Shown: piece by piece, positions 38,541 to 48,921 of the stretch
How positions within the stretch are numbered: the stretch's first letter is position 1
Layout of the letters: every line of letters starts with the position of its first letter
Source of the DNA: an uncultured Bacilli bacterium
Lineage (GTDB): Bacteria; Bacillota_I; Bacilli_A; RF39; UBA660
Reading direction: 5' to 3'
Length of the DNA stretch: 64,000 nt
NCBI GenBank assembly: GCA_944331865.1
Contig: CALVIZ010000001.1
Span: 18,766 to 82,765 of the forward strand
The notes under the pieces: model-generated
What the model saw: the letters and a program-made list of their open reading frames with translations, nothing else
What the model was told of the DNA's origin: nothing
The model's database searches: none
Translations under genes and position numbers: made by a program

Positions 38541-38813
38541 ATGATTAAAATAATAAAAAAGAAAATCAATATGAGTGATGAACTCAAAGCCAAAATTAAT
38601 TGGTCTTGCAAATTTAATAAGAAATCCTATCAAATAATTGAAGGATTCTTACGTATTGTGGAACATACCAATTTAGCTTATGTAGAGCCACATAAGGTTA
38701 TAATAAATAACCAATTATATTTATTCTTTAACGAACAAAAATACTTTTACATAGGGAATCTACAAAATAAGATTCCATTGTCTGAATTATCAGAGTACAT
38801 AGCAAGGCATTAA
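38541..38813 (+). CDS. hypothetical small protein
   Basis: 90 aa counted from the ATG at 38541; the track ORF starts inside the tRNA terminator. No recognisable motif and a weak RBS. Confidence 0.3.
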   Translation: MIKIIKKKINMSDELKAKINWSCKFNKKSYQIIEGFLRIVEHTNLAYVEPHKVIINNQLYLFFNEQKYFYIGNLQNKIPLSELSEYIARH

Positions 38814-38874
38814 TTGGAGAGTTTATATACTCCCATTATATTGATTATTTTTGGTGTGTAATAATCTATTAATG

Positions 38875-40765
<1,891 letters not shown>

Positions 40766-40783
40766 AAAGGAATTGATTAAATT

Positions 40784-41137
40784 ATGAATATTAAATATAT
40801 ACAAGTAGGAGATTATTTATTACCAAACTTAATAATAAAAAAAGAAACTTTTCAGCAAATTGGAAAGTACGGTTATTTAAGATTAAATTATATTAAGAAA
40901 TATAAAAAAGGATTATATCAATCATTATTAATGAAAAACGAATTAACAAAACATCTTCTTTCAGTCAGTAATGAATGTGAAGAAAGATTAAATGAATTAA
41001 TGGATAATTATATTAAAATTGATGAAAGACTATCTGAAAAAAATAAGGAAATAAATCAAATTGAATGGGTAAAATTGATGAATAATTACAAAAATATGGC
41101 TGAAGAAATTATATTAAAGGAGTTAATCTATGTTTGA
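40784..41137 (+). CDS. tnpV: TnpV-family transposon protein
   Basis: 117 aa. 'YIQVGDYLLPNL...GKYGYLRLNYIKKYKKGLYQSLLMKNELTKHL...WVKLMNNYKNMAEEIILKELIY' matches the TnpV pattern of Tn4451-type elements as I recall it. Confidence 0.7.
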   Translation: MNIKYIQVGDYLLPNLIIKKETFQQIGKYGYLRLNYIKKYKKGLYQSLLMKNELTKHLLSVSNECEERLNELMDNYIKIDERLSEKNKEINQIEWVKLMNNYKNMAEEIILKELIYV

Positions 41138-41158
41138 TATTATTTATAAGCAAGCAAC

Positions 41159-41185
41159 GGATTTATACTCCCACCATATAAATCC
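41159..41185 (+). promoter_or_regulatory. candidate oriT hairpin upstream of the relaxase gene
   Basis: Perfect 9-bp inverted repeat GGATTTATA-CTCCCACCA-TATAAATCC, 27 nt before the relaxase ATG. Confidence 0.4.
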
Positions 41186-41211
41186 ACTTTTTAGAAAGGA
41201 TAAACCTTTGT

Positions 41212-42516
41212 ATGGCAACAACTTCAATTTGGAGTATTAAAAATAATTTAAAACAATCTATAAATTATATCATCAACCCAAAGAAAACAATTAATAAAGA
41301 TTATGGTAAAGACACTTATAATTATCTTGAACTTAACGATAACGAGTATAATTTTAAACAAGAAAAAGTATGTTATGTTAGTTGCATAAATTGTTCTGAA
41401 AATAATCCTTATGATGATATGAAGTTTACAAAAGAACAATATGGAAAAATAGATGGTATCCTTGCTTTTCACGGTTATCAGTCTTTTAAAGAAGGAGAAG
41501 TAACTGCTAATATTGCACACGAAATTGGAGTTAAGTTTGCAGAAGAAATGTTTGGAGATTATGAAGTGGTTGTTGCTACCCATCAAAATACTAATCATAT
41601 ACACAATCATTTTATACTGAACTCCGTTTCATTTAAAACTGGAAAGAAATATAATAACAATAGAACTAATTTAGCAAAATTAAGACAAATATCAGATTCA
41701 ATTTGTGCAGAATATGGATTAAGTGTTCTTGAAGAAGATGTTGGTTATAAAAATACCTGTAAATATAAAATTTTAAATAATGATTATTATAAAATAATGA
41801 AAGAAGATTTAGATAATGTCATAAGTTATTCAGTTACTCTTAAACAAGTTATAGAACGACTTAAAAAAATAGATTATCAGGTATATTCTCGTAATGGTAT
41901 AATAACTATTTATAAAGATGGATATGATAAAGTTAGAATAGAAAAAGCATTTGGTAATGATTATTCAATAGATAGTATAAATAAGCGATTATATTCATCC
42001 AGACAAATTATATTTAAACCTTTAACACAAAGAATTATCTTTGAAGAATATTCTAAAACTGATAAACATCATAAAGGTATATATGGCTTATATTTATATT
42101 ATTGTTATTTATTAAAAGTCTTTCCAGAAAAGCATCCTAAACAATATTTACCTTATTCAATTAGACAGGATATAAAAAAGATGAATCAAATATCTGAAGA
42201 AACAAGATTTATGGTAAAAAATAATATTGAAACTATTGATGATTTAAAAGCATTTTCTAAAAATAATTATCAAGAATATAGTTTACTAATGAGTAAAAGA
42301 GAAAATCTTTGGAAACAATATCATAGAGCAAAAAATGAAGAGGATAAATCTAAAATACTCACTGAAATAAATAATATTCAACCATTAATTAAAGAACTTC
42401 GCAAACTGAAAAATTATTGCAATAATATTGAAGAACGTTCTAAAATTATACAAAATAATATTAATAATTTCGATAAAGATTTAAACAAAGAAAAAGACAA
42501 TTCTAGGTGTTTATAA
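41212..42516 (+). CDS. relaxase/mobilisation nuclease (MobA/VirD2 family)
   Basis: 434 aa. N-terminus 'MATTSIWSIKNNLKQSINYIINPKKT' and the histidine triad 'HQNTNHIHNHFILNSV'. Confidence 0.8.
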   Translation: MATTSIWSIKNNLKQSINYIINPKKTINKDYGKDTYNYLELNDNEYNFKQEKVCYVSCINCSENNPYDDMKFTKEQYGKIDGILAFHGYQSFKEGEVTANIAHEIGVKFAEEMFGDYEVVVATHQNTNHIHNHFILNSVSFKTGKKYNNNRTNLAKLRQISDSICAEYGLSVLEEDVGYKNTCKYKILNNDYYKIMKEDLDNVISYSVTLKQVIERLKKIDYQVYSRNGIITIYKDGYDKVRIEKAFGNDYSIDSINKRLYSSRQIIFKPLTQRIIFEEYSKTDKHHKGIYGLYLYYCYLLKVFPEKHPKQYLPYSIRQDIKKMNQISEETRFMVKNNIETIDDLKAFSKNNYQEYSLLMSKRENLWKQYHRAKNEEDKSKILTEINNIQPLIKELRKLKNYCNNIEERSKIIQNNINNFDKDLNKEKDNSRCL

Positions 42517-42532
42517 CATGATTGTCTTTTTT
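42493..42532. terminator. hairpin between the convergent relaxase and restriction genes
   Basis: AAAGACAAT-19 nt-ATTGTCTTT followed by a T-run. The large loop lowers confidence. Confidence 0.4.
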
Positions 42533-42534
42533 AT

Positions 42535-44301
42535 TTATACATCAATTAATTTTATTTCTGAATTTTGAGTAATTAAGTTGTAAACTTGTTCCATATCAAT
42601 AAATTTGGATTTTATATTTTCAGCAAGAATTAATAAGTTTACTACATTTAAAGCCCCACCATTAATTTTGGTAGATTGTGCAATATTTTCTAATTTTTCT
42701 TCAAATTGGCCGTTAAATTCACTTGATACAAATAGGAAACTAAATTTATTTAATAAATCGGGAAAATTATTCCACCATTTGTTTGAATTTATTTTTACAT
42801 CTCTTTTATTGTTTTCCTCCACATATCTTCTCATTTCATCAGCCTGTGAAATTGGTAATGAATATCCTTTAGAGTATGCTTTAGTATCAATAATAGTTCC
42901 ATAGTTTTCCTTTAAATTTTCGGTATAGATTATTCCGTCAGGTTTTCTTCCACCACCTAGATGAATGCCTTTATAACCACATTCTGAAACAAATAGGTCA
43001 ACAACTTCCATTTCAAATTGTCTATTTGATTTTGGATCATATGCTAAATCAATTAAATTAAGATAATTGTGAGATATATTTTCAAGCATGTCTCTACAAA
43101 AATCTTTTAACCTTAATGTATCGCTTTTGCCACTTCCAATAGAGTTAATAGGAATAACTAAATTTTGAATATCATCATTTAATATGAAACCATTACTAGA
43201 TTCTTTAACAAATAATCCTATATTTTGTAAACCAATTAGATCATCCCTAATTGTTTCAATAGACTCTTCAAATTCTACTTCTTTTAATTTTTCTTGTAGT
43301 TTTGTTAAAGAGAGTGGAGAATTAGAATCCGATAAAAATTTTATCAAATATGCGCGCCTATTTCTTATATAATATCTATCAGTTGCTTTAGTACATAGCA
43401 TTTCCCAAAACACATTTTTTGGGAGCCTTGAAACTTTATTAATCCCTTGCAATTTTCTATAAGCTTTTAATCCATCAGGTGTAATTAAATATGCTTGTCC
43501 TAGTTTTTCTGTGTATTCTTTGTTACCAACTATAACTTTATATTCTTTTTCAACTTGTCTAACTAATCCTAATTTTTGAAGCCATTTACATATTTGTCTA
43601 GCATATTTGTCTGATGAACCATCCCAATCAGATTTCATTTTATTCTTTTCTTTCAAATCATCTGTCATAGCAAGAGATGTAAGTAATATGTTTTGAGGTA
43701 GCGAGGTAAAACCTTCATCTCCTACAAAACCTAGTTTACTACCAATTTCAAATTTTGATAAATGTTCTCCATTTGATAAAAGTTGTAAAATTCTTGAAAC
43801 TGGTGGATATTTTAAAATAGCATTTAATAAACATTCTTTTTCTTCGTTAGAATTATTTTCAGTCTTTGAATATGCTAATCCATCTTCAGTAATTTCAAAG
43901 GTATCATCTTCACCGTTATATTTTATAAATCCACACAAATGAGCCCATCTTAAAAAACTATCAGAAGCCCAATCCGTTATATAAGGTTTTACTTGACCAC
44001 AAACTGAAGCTTGTATAATTGAATTACATTGAGAATTTTTACGAGGAATTGAGTGTGTTCCAACAAGATCTGCATATGTAATTTTTAAAGGTTTAGATTT
44101 TAAAATTGTTTGAAATTTTTCTACTAAATTTCTATCATCAACAAGCATTGGTAATCTAGCAATAATTAAGTTCTCATGAAATTTAGATTTATTATCAAAA
44201 ATTTGAACAACATTTTTTAAACTGTTGAAATCTGAAGCATCTTGTGACCATCCAAATGATCTTTTTGATGAATATTTTGTTGATAATTCTATATTACTCA
44301 T
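42535..44301 (-). CDS. FokI-like type IIS restriction endonuclease
   Basis: 588 aa, collinear with FokI as I recall it: 'SFGW', 'FLRWAH', 'GLAYSK', 'YPPVSRIL', 'GSSDKYAR', and a cleavage domain 'LGGGRKPDGIIY...IIDTKAYSKGYSLPISQADEMRRYVEEN' with the PD...D-x-K residues intact. Confidence 0.9.
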   Translation of the reverse strand: MSNIELSTKYSSKRSFGWSQDASDFNSLKNVVQIFDNKSKFHENLIIARLPMLVDDRNLVEKFQTILKSKPLKITYADLVGTHSIPRKNSQCNSIIQASVCGQVKPYITDWASDSFLRWAHLCGFIKYNGEDDTFEITEDGLAYSKTENNSNEEKECLLNAILKYPPVSRILQLLSNGEHLSKFEIGSKLGFVGDEGFTSLPQNILLTSLAMTDDLKEKNKMKSDWDGSSDKYARQICKWLQKLGLVRQVEKEYKVIVGNKEYTEKLGQAYLITPDGLKAYRKLQGINKVSRLPKNVFWEMLCTKATDRYYIRNRRAYLIKFLSDSNSPLSLTKLQEKLKEVEFEESIETIRDDLIGLQNIGLFVKESSNGFILNDDIQNLVIPINSIGSGKSDTLRLKDFCRDMLENISHNYLNLIDLAYDPKSNRQFEMEVVDLFVSECGYKGIHLGGGRKPDGIIYTENLKENYGTIIDTKAYSKGYSLPISQADEMRRYVEENNKRDVKINSNKWWNNFPDLLNKFSFLFVSSEFNGQFEEKLENIAQSTKINGGALNVVNLLILAENIKSKFIDMEQVYNLITQNSEIKLIDV

Positions 44302-45184
44302 TTTCTACCTCCCCATAATTTGTAATTAAAACTTCAATTGTATCATTTTTATTTTTTCTTCTATAATTAGAATTATTAAATGTATTTTCTATTATATAAA
44401 CATTATATTTTTTTGACCACTCAGTTAAAACTTCGTTTTTCCTATTATTAGCGATTAGTACATTTGATAATGCAAATTTTATTTTCCTAGAATTTAAGTT
44501 ATCTAATATATTTAATAATTGTTTTTCATCATCAACTGTCCAATCTTTTACACCTCTATTGCCGTCATTATAACTACCAGTCGTAATTAAATATGGTGGA
44601 TCACAATAAACGAAATCATCTTCTCCCAATTTAGAAAAATCAAAATCTACAAATTTTTCTTTTGAAATTTTTATGTTAATATTGTTTATTTTATCAACAA
44701 ATTGTTTTAAATTTTTCTTTGTATTTTGATTATAGCAACTTCTATTTTTTCCAAATGGTGTATTATATTTCATATTTTGATTAAATCTTATTTGATAATT
44801 AAAACTATACAAAATTAAAGTGTAAAAATCTAAAACTCTTTCATCAATATTTTCATATATATAATGATTATATTTGTTTCTTAATTTTAAAAATGCTTCT
44901 GAATTTTCTTTATTCAAATTATTAAAATTAATATTATCTTCAAGTTTATCAATCACTTCATTAGCTGTATTATCAGAAAAGTAATTCATTAATTCACATA
45001 ATGGCTCAATTACATCATTATAAATTACGGTTTCAGCATCAACATTAATTCCTACATTAAATCCACCACCAAATAAATCAACAAATGTATTTATTTTTTT
45101 AGGAAATTTGGGAATTATTTGATTTAATATTTTATATTTACCACCAACATAATTTAATGGAGATTTTATATATACCTCACTCAT
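44294..45184 (-). CDS. Dam-like (D12 class, alpha-group) N6-adenine DNA methyltransferase
   Basis: 'SPLNYVGGKYKIL', 'FVDLFGGGFNVG', 'YCDPPY'. Overlaps the R gene start by 8 nt. Likely start is the ATG at 45184 after GGTGA. Confidence 0.85.
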   Translation of the reverse strand: MSEVYIKSPLNYVGGKYKILNQIIPKFPKKINTFVDLFGGGFNVGINVDAETVIYNDVIEPLCELMNYFSDNTANEVIDKLEDNINFNNLNKENSEAFLKLRNKYNHYIYENIDERVLDFYTLILYSFNYQIRFNQNMKYNTPFGKNRSCYNQNTKKNLKQFVDKINNINIKISKEKFVDFDFSKLGEDDFVYCDPPYLITTGSYNDGNRGVKDWTVDDEKQLLNILDNLNSRKIKFALSNVLIANNRKNEVLTEWSKKYNVYIIENTFNNSNYRRKNKNDTIEVLITNYGEVENE

Positions 45185-45185
45185 C

Positions 45186-45893
45186 TTAATCACCATTTAT
45201 CCTTTTTATAGAGGAATTAAAATATTTTTCATCTAATTCAAAACCAATATAATTTCTATTAGTTTTAATGGCACTAATTGCGGTTGTTCCTGACCCCATA
45301 AAAGGGTCTAAAATCAAATCGTCTTTATTACTATGTATTTTTATTAGATATTCTATTAATTTTAACGGTTTTTGCGTTGGATGATATCTTTTGCAACCAC
45401 CACCACTTTCAGATGGAATGGAAATAACACTGCTTTCATATTTAGCGTTTTGTCTGTTATACGTCCATTTTCCAGGTTTTACAAACCAAATAATCATTTC
45501 TATATCTGGAACATACCTTCTATCTCTATTTCTAGGCATTGGATTAGTCTTTTTCCAAATTAATGTATCTTTATAAACAAAACCTAAATTTTGTGCATAA
45601 TTAATAATTTCTGTCGCTTTTTTAAAGTCATTAAAAACTAATAAAGAACCACCTTTATTTAATAATTCATAAGATTTTTTTATCCAAGGTTTATTATTAA
45701 ATTCCTTATCCCATTCGCCAAAATCAGTTCCTTTTCTAGGATTTTTTCTATCTTTCATTGTATGAAATTGAGATTTCTTTGATATTACGTATGGAGGGTC
45801 TGCAATAATTAAATCAACTTTTAAGTTTTCTTTAATCATTTTATTCATACCTTTGTTACAATCGATATTATAAATATTATTGATTTTCATCAT
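45186..45893 (-). CDS. beta-group N4/N6 DNA methyltransferase (DPPY first, FxGxG last)
   Basis: 'LIIADPPYV' near the N-terminus and 'LDPFMGSGTTAISA...NYIGFELDEKY' near the C-terminus. RBS GGGAGGTG. Start is the ATG at 45893 or 45890. Confidence 0.85.
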   Translation of the reverse strand: MMKINNIYNIDCNKGMNKMIKENLKVDLIIADPPYVISKKSQFHTMKDRKNPRKGTDFGEWDKEFNNKPWIKKSYELLNKGGSLLVFNDFKKATEIINYAQNLGFVYKDTLIWKKTNPMPRNRDRRYVPDIEMIIWFVKPGKWTYNRQNAKYESSVISIPSESGGGCKRYHPTQKPLKLIEYLIKIHSNKDDLILDPFMGSGTTAISAIKTNRNYIGFELDEKYFNSSIKRINGD

Positions 45894-45994
45894 TACACCT
45901 CCCAAACAAGAACATTATAACTAATAAAATTATACTATAAAACCGCTAATTATTCTAGATTTTCCCAAATATTTATAAAAAAAGATGGTAAAAG

Positions 45995-46003
45995 TGATAT
46001 AAT
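45995..46003 (+). promoter_or_regulatory. extended -10 element (TGaTATAAT) for the AAA_13 ATPase gene
   Basis: TG at 45995-45996 and TATAAT at 45998-46003, about 32 nt upstream of the ATG at 46035. No good -35 element. Confidence 0.35.
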
Positions 46004-46034
46004 ATTATGCAAACAACTTTTGGGCGGTGATAGT

Positions 46035-48224
46035 ATGAAATTCGAGTTTTTTAATTATGAAACAAAGAAAAAAATTAACTTTGAAACAGAAAAACATTTA
46101 ATAGCAATATATGGTAAAAATGGTAGTGGTAAAACGACATTTAGTAGAATTAATTTATTTGATAGTAAATATGTATTTAACGAGGATTTTATATATTCTA
46201 ATGTTTTTAATGTATCAGAAAAAGGATTTACTCAAACATCCATAACTAAAGAAAATTTTTCTGGTTTATGGTTAGGAGAAAATATTGTTAAAATTAGACA
46301 AGAAATTTCAAAAATTAGAGAACAGGAAAAAGAAATAAAGGAAAATTATCAGCAAATAGCAAGTAAATATGTAAAATTTTTTTCTGAACAAGGTATCCCA
46401 TTTAATTACGAGCAAAAAACAAAAGAAATTAAAAATGATAACTTCAATTTAACTGATGAAGATATTACTGTTCAAGCAAGCAAGTACATTGCTTCTTACA
46501 CATTTAAGACAGATATCAAAAATAAAACTGAACTAAAAGAAAAAATTAATTATTTAAAGAAAAATGATATATATAATAATTTGATTTTAAAAATACAAAA
46601 TAATAAATTATTAAGTGAATTACTATTAAAAGAGAAAAATAATTATGTTACTATTTTAAATAAGAGAATTGATATACTAAAAAAGAACCAAGAAATAATA
46701 AAGAAAACAGAAAATATATTTAAAGAAGATGAAATAACTGATGATATTAAAATAAAAGTACATGAATGGTATTTAATACACGAAAATAAAGATCATTGCA
46801 TTTTTTGCGGAAATAAAAATATAAATGATTCGTTAGAAAAGTGGAAAACAGTATTTACTAATACAAATATAATAGAAAAACAAGATATTATTAAAGATTT
46901 GGATAATATAATAGATGATTGTACTAAAATTGTAAATGAAAAAATATACAAATCAGTAGATGAAGAAATAATTGATTACATAAATACTATAACTGAAAAA
47001 ATTAAAATAGCAAAATCTATGATTGAAATAGGAATTTATGAAAATATTAATTTTGATTTAAATATAAAAAATATTAAAATAATAGAGATAAGGGAGTTAA
47101 CAAATAATATTATTAATTATTCCATGAATCTATCAATTAATAGTATAGAATTTTATTATAATGCCCAATTATATAACGAGAATTTAAGAAAAACTAAAAC
47201 TAATGAATTAGATAAATTAATGGATACTGAGGGAGAAATAATTGCTAGAAATATTAATGATATATTTAAGAATTTAGGGTTAAACAAAAATATAAATATT
47301 ACTGTTGATAAACACTCTGTTCCACATAAATTTGCTTATAGTATTACAAATCATAAGGATGTCAATGAGTTGAGTGATGGTCAAAAGCATAAATTAGCAC
47401 TTGCGATTTTTATAAATTCTATAATAAATGATGATTTAACAAATAAGGTAATTGTTATAGACGATCCTGTTGTTTCATTAGATATTTCAAGTTATATATT
47501 GTTTAAACAATTTCTTGTTTCAGAATTAATAAAAGAAAAATTTAAGGATTCAACTAAACTAATATTGTTAACACATGACATTACTTATCTTTACATTCAA
47601 CTTTCAAATATTTTTAATGATAATAATATGAAAAATGATACTTGTGTGTATAAGTTATCTAGTGACAAAATTTCTGAAATACCAATTGATTATATTAAAA
47701 CTGATGATATATCATTATTTAAATTAGCACTTTCAAAATGTTCAAATATTCAAGAATTAAAAAGTTTAAATGTAATAACTAATAAAATTTTTAGAATAAT
47801 TATTGATATACGATTAAGATTTTATGGAATATCTGATACTTCTGAAGTTGGTCATCAATTACTACCTATTGATAATGACAAAAAAGAACTGCTACAAACA
47901 TACAGCAATCATTTATCTAAAGTATCGAGACAAAATAATCCGATATTATGTGATATATATAATAGTATTTTATACATTAAAAACACTGCCGAATTATTTG
48001 GAATTAATGATTTTATTAGCAATAAAGAACTAAATAACATAAAAAATATTATTAGCAACAACATAAATGGAAATATTAGTGATGATATTTTCAATGTAAT
48101 TAATTCAATAAGCAGTTTCTTAAAGAAAACAACAAATAAAGAAATGAAAGGATATGTAGAACATACACGTGTTTCTTATACAAGAAATTTAATAGGTTTA
48201 AGTTTAGATGACTTTTTTGAATAA
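46035..48224 (+). CDS. AAA_13-type ABC ATPase with long coiled-coil insert and CxxC motif (PrrC/RloC-like putative anticodon-nuclease defence protein)
   Basis: Walker A 'GKNGSGKTTF', then about 410 aa of K/E/I/N-rich helical insert containing 'DHCIFCGNK'. Signature 'LSDGQKHKLALA', Walker B 'VIVIDDPVVSLD', 'LLTHD'. About 230 aa C-terminal domain of unknown fold. Start is the ATG at 46035 after GGCGGTGA. Confidence 0.6.
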   Translation: MKFEFFNYETKKKINFETEKHLIAIYGKNGSGKTTFSRINLFDSKYVFNEDFIYSNVFNVSEKGFTQTSITKENFSGLWLGENIVKIRQEISKIREQEKEIKENYQQIASKYVKFFSEQGIPFNYEQKTKEIKNDNFNLTDEDITVQASKYIASYTFKTDIKNKTELKEKINYLKKNDIYNNLILKIQNNKLLSELLLKEKNNYVTILNKRIDILKKNQEIIKKTENIFKEDEITDDIKIKVHEWYLIHENKDHCIFCGNKNINDSLEKWKTVFTNTNIIEKQDIIKDLDNIIDDCTKIVNEKIYKSVDEEIIDYINTITEKIKIAKSMIEIGIYENINFDLNIKNIKIIEIRELTNNIINYSMNLSINSIEFYYNAQLYNENLRKTKTNELDKLMDTEGEIIARNINDIFKNLGLNKNINITVDKHSVPHKFAYSITNHKDVNELSDGQKHKLALAIFINSIINDDLTNKVIVIDDPVVSLDISSYILFKQFLVSELIKEKFKDSTKLILLTHDITYLYIQLSNIFNDNNMKNDTCVYKLSSDKISEIPIDYIKTDDISLFKLALSKCSNIQELKSLNVITNKIFRIIIDIRLRFYGISDTSEVGHQLLPIDNDKKELLQTYSNHLSKVSRQNNPILCDIYNSILYIKNTAELFGINDFISNKELNNIKNIISNNINGNISDDIFNVINSISSFLKKTTNKEMKGYVEHTRVSYTRNLIGLSLDDFFE

Positions 48225-48335
48225 TGTCTATTGATTTTTAAATGTTTATCATATATAATTTATTTAGTTGATTTAATCCATCTTGGGAGTGTAATTTTTC
48301 TTATACGTGTATAGTTAAGGCTCCATTTAAAAATA

Positions 48336-48373
48336 ACTTACGAACTTTTTATTGTTCGTAAGTTTTTATTTTA
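48336..48373. terminator. bidirectional rho-independent terminator
   Basis: ACTTACGAAC-8 nt-GTTCGTAAGT followed by TTTTTATTTT on +, and T-rich on the other strand as well. Confidence 0.7.
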
Positions 48374-48441
48374 TATAAATAATTATTAAAAAATAGGTAA
48401 AAATCATAAAAGTAATTTACTTTTTTTCATCTAAAATATTT

Positions 48442-48831
48442 TTAATGATTATCATATAAATCTTTAAATATTAATTTATCAACAGGTGAAATTGTCACTT
48501 TCAAATTACTATATTCTAGCCACTTTATTTCTTCAATTTCTGAAGCCGGTTTTAAAATTTCTTCAAAGTCAGCTATATAACAAGGCATTTTAACTATAAC
48601 ACCTCTGTCTTGACATGTACTTGTGCTTTAAAAACTCATAACATTTGATTGTATCTTTTAATATATCTATAGTTAATTCTTCCATACATTCTCCAATTAA
48701 GTTTCTTCATCAGTTTCAGTCCTTTCTATTTTTTCGCCTGGTATATAATAAGGATTTTTTTCTTTTGATAAAATACTTAATATCTTACCATTTTTTAAAT
48801 ATATAAAAACTATTTTATCTATTTCTTTCAT
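48442..48831 (-). pseudogene. NUDIX-hydrolase-like gene disrupted by at least 2 frameshifts
   Basis: Frame a reads 'MKEIDKIVFIYLKNGKILSILSKEKNPYYIPGEKIERTETDEET*'. Shifted frames read '..LIGECMEELTIDI..' and '..GVIVKMPCYIADFEEILKPASEIEEIKWLEYSNL..*'. Together these resemble a ~130-aa MutT-like protein with a degenerate Nudix box. Confidence 0.45.
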
Positions 48832-48921
48832 TGTCACCTTCTACTCTTTGATGCTTTCAATAAATACGTTCTAAAAAGTCAATAAACTTATTACGGTTTT
48901 TAACTTAAAATACAAACTAAA

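Noticed and set aside
38366-38611. 81-aa minus-strand ORF from the track overlapping the tRNA-Gly gene and its terminator
   Set aside because: It is antisense to a well-folding tRNA. Its hydrophobic low-complexity product is typical of AT-rich antisense frames, and it has no RBS.
41131-41241. 36-aa ORF (MFDIIYKQATDLYSHHINPLFRKDKPLYGNNFNLEY) with a GGAG RBS, spanning the oriT-like hairpin and overlapping the relaxase start
   Set aside because: It is too short and featureless to support. It could be a relaxosome accessory peptide, but there is no RHH- or MobC-like pattern, and the region is better explained as a non-coding oriT/promoter.
48225-48335. Non-coding stretch after the AAA_13 gene examined for a small ORF or toxin-antitoxin remnant
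   Set aside because: There is no ORF with an RBS. The segment is better explained as the transposon's right terminal region, which contains the TGGGAGTGTA motif, followed by the chromosomal terminator.
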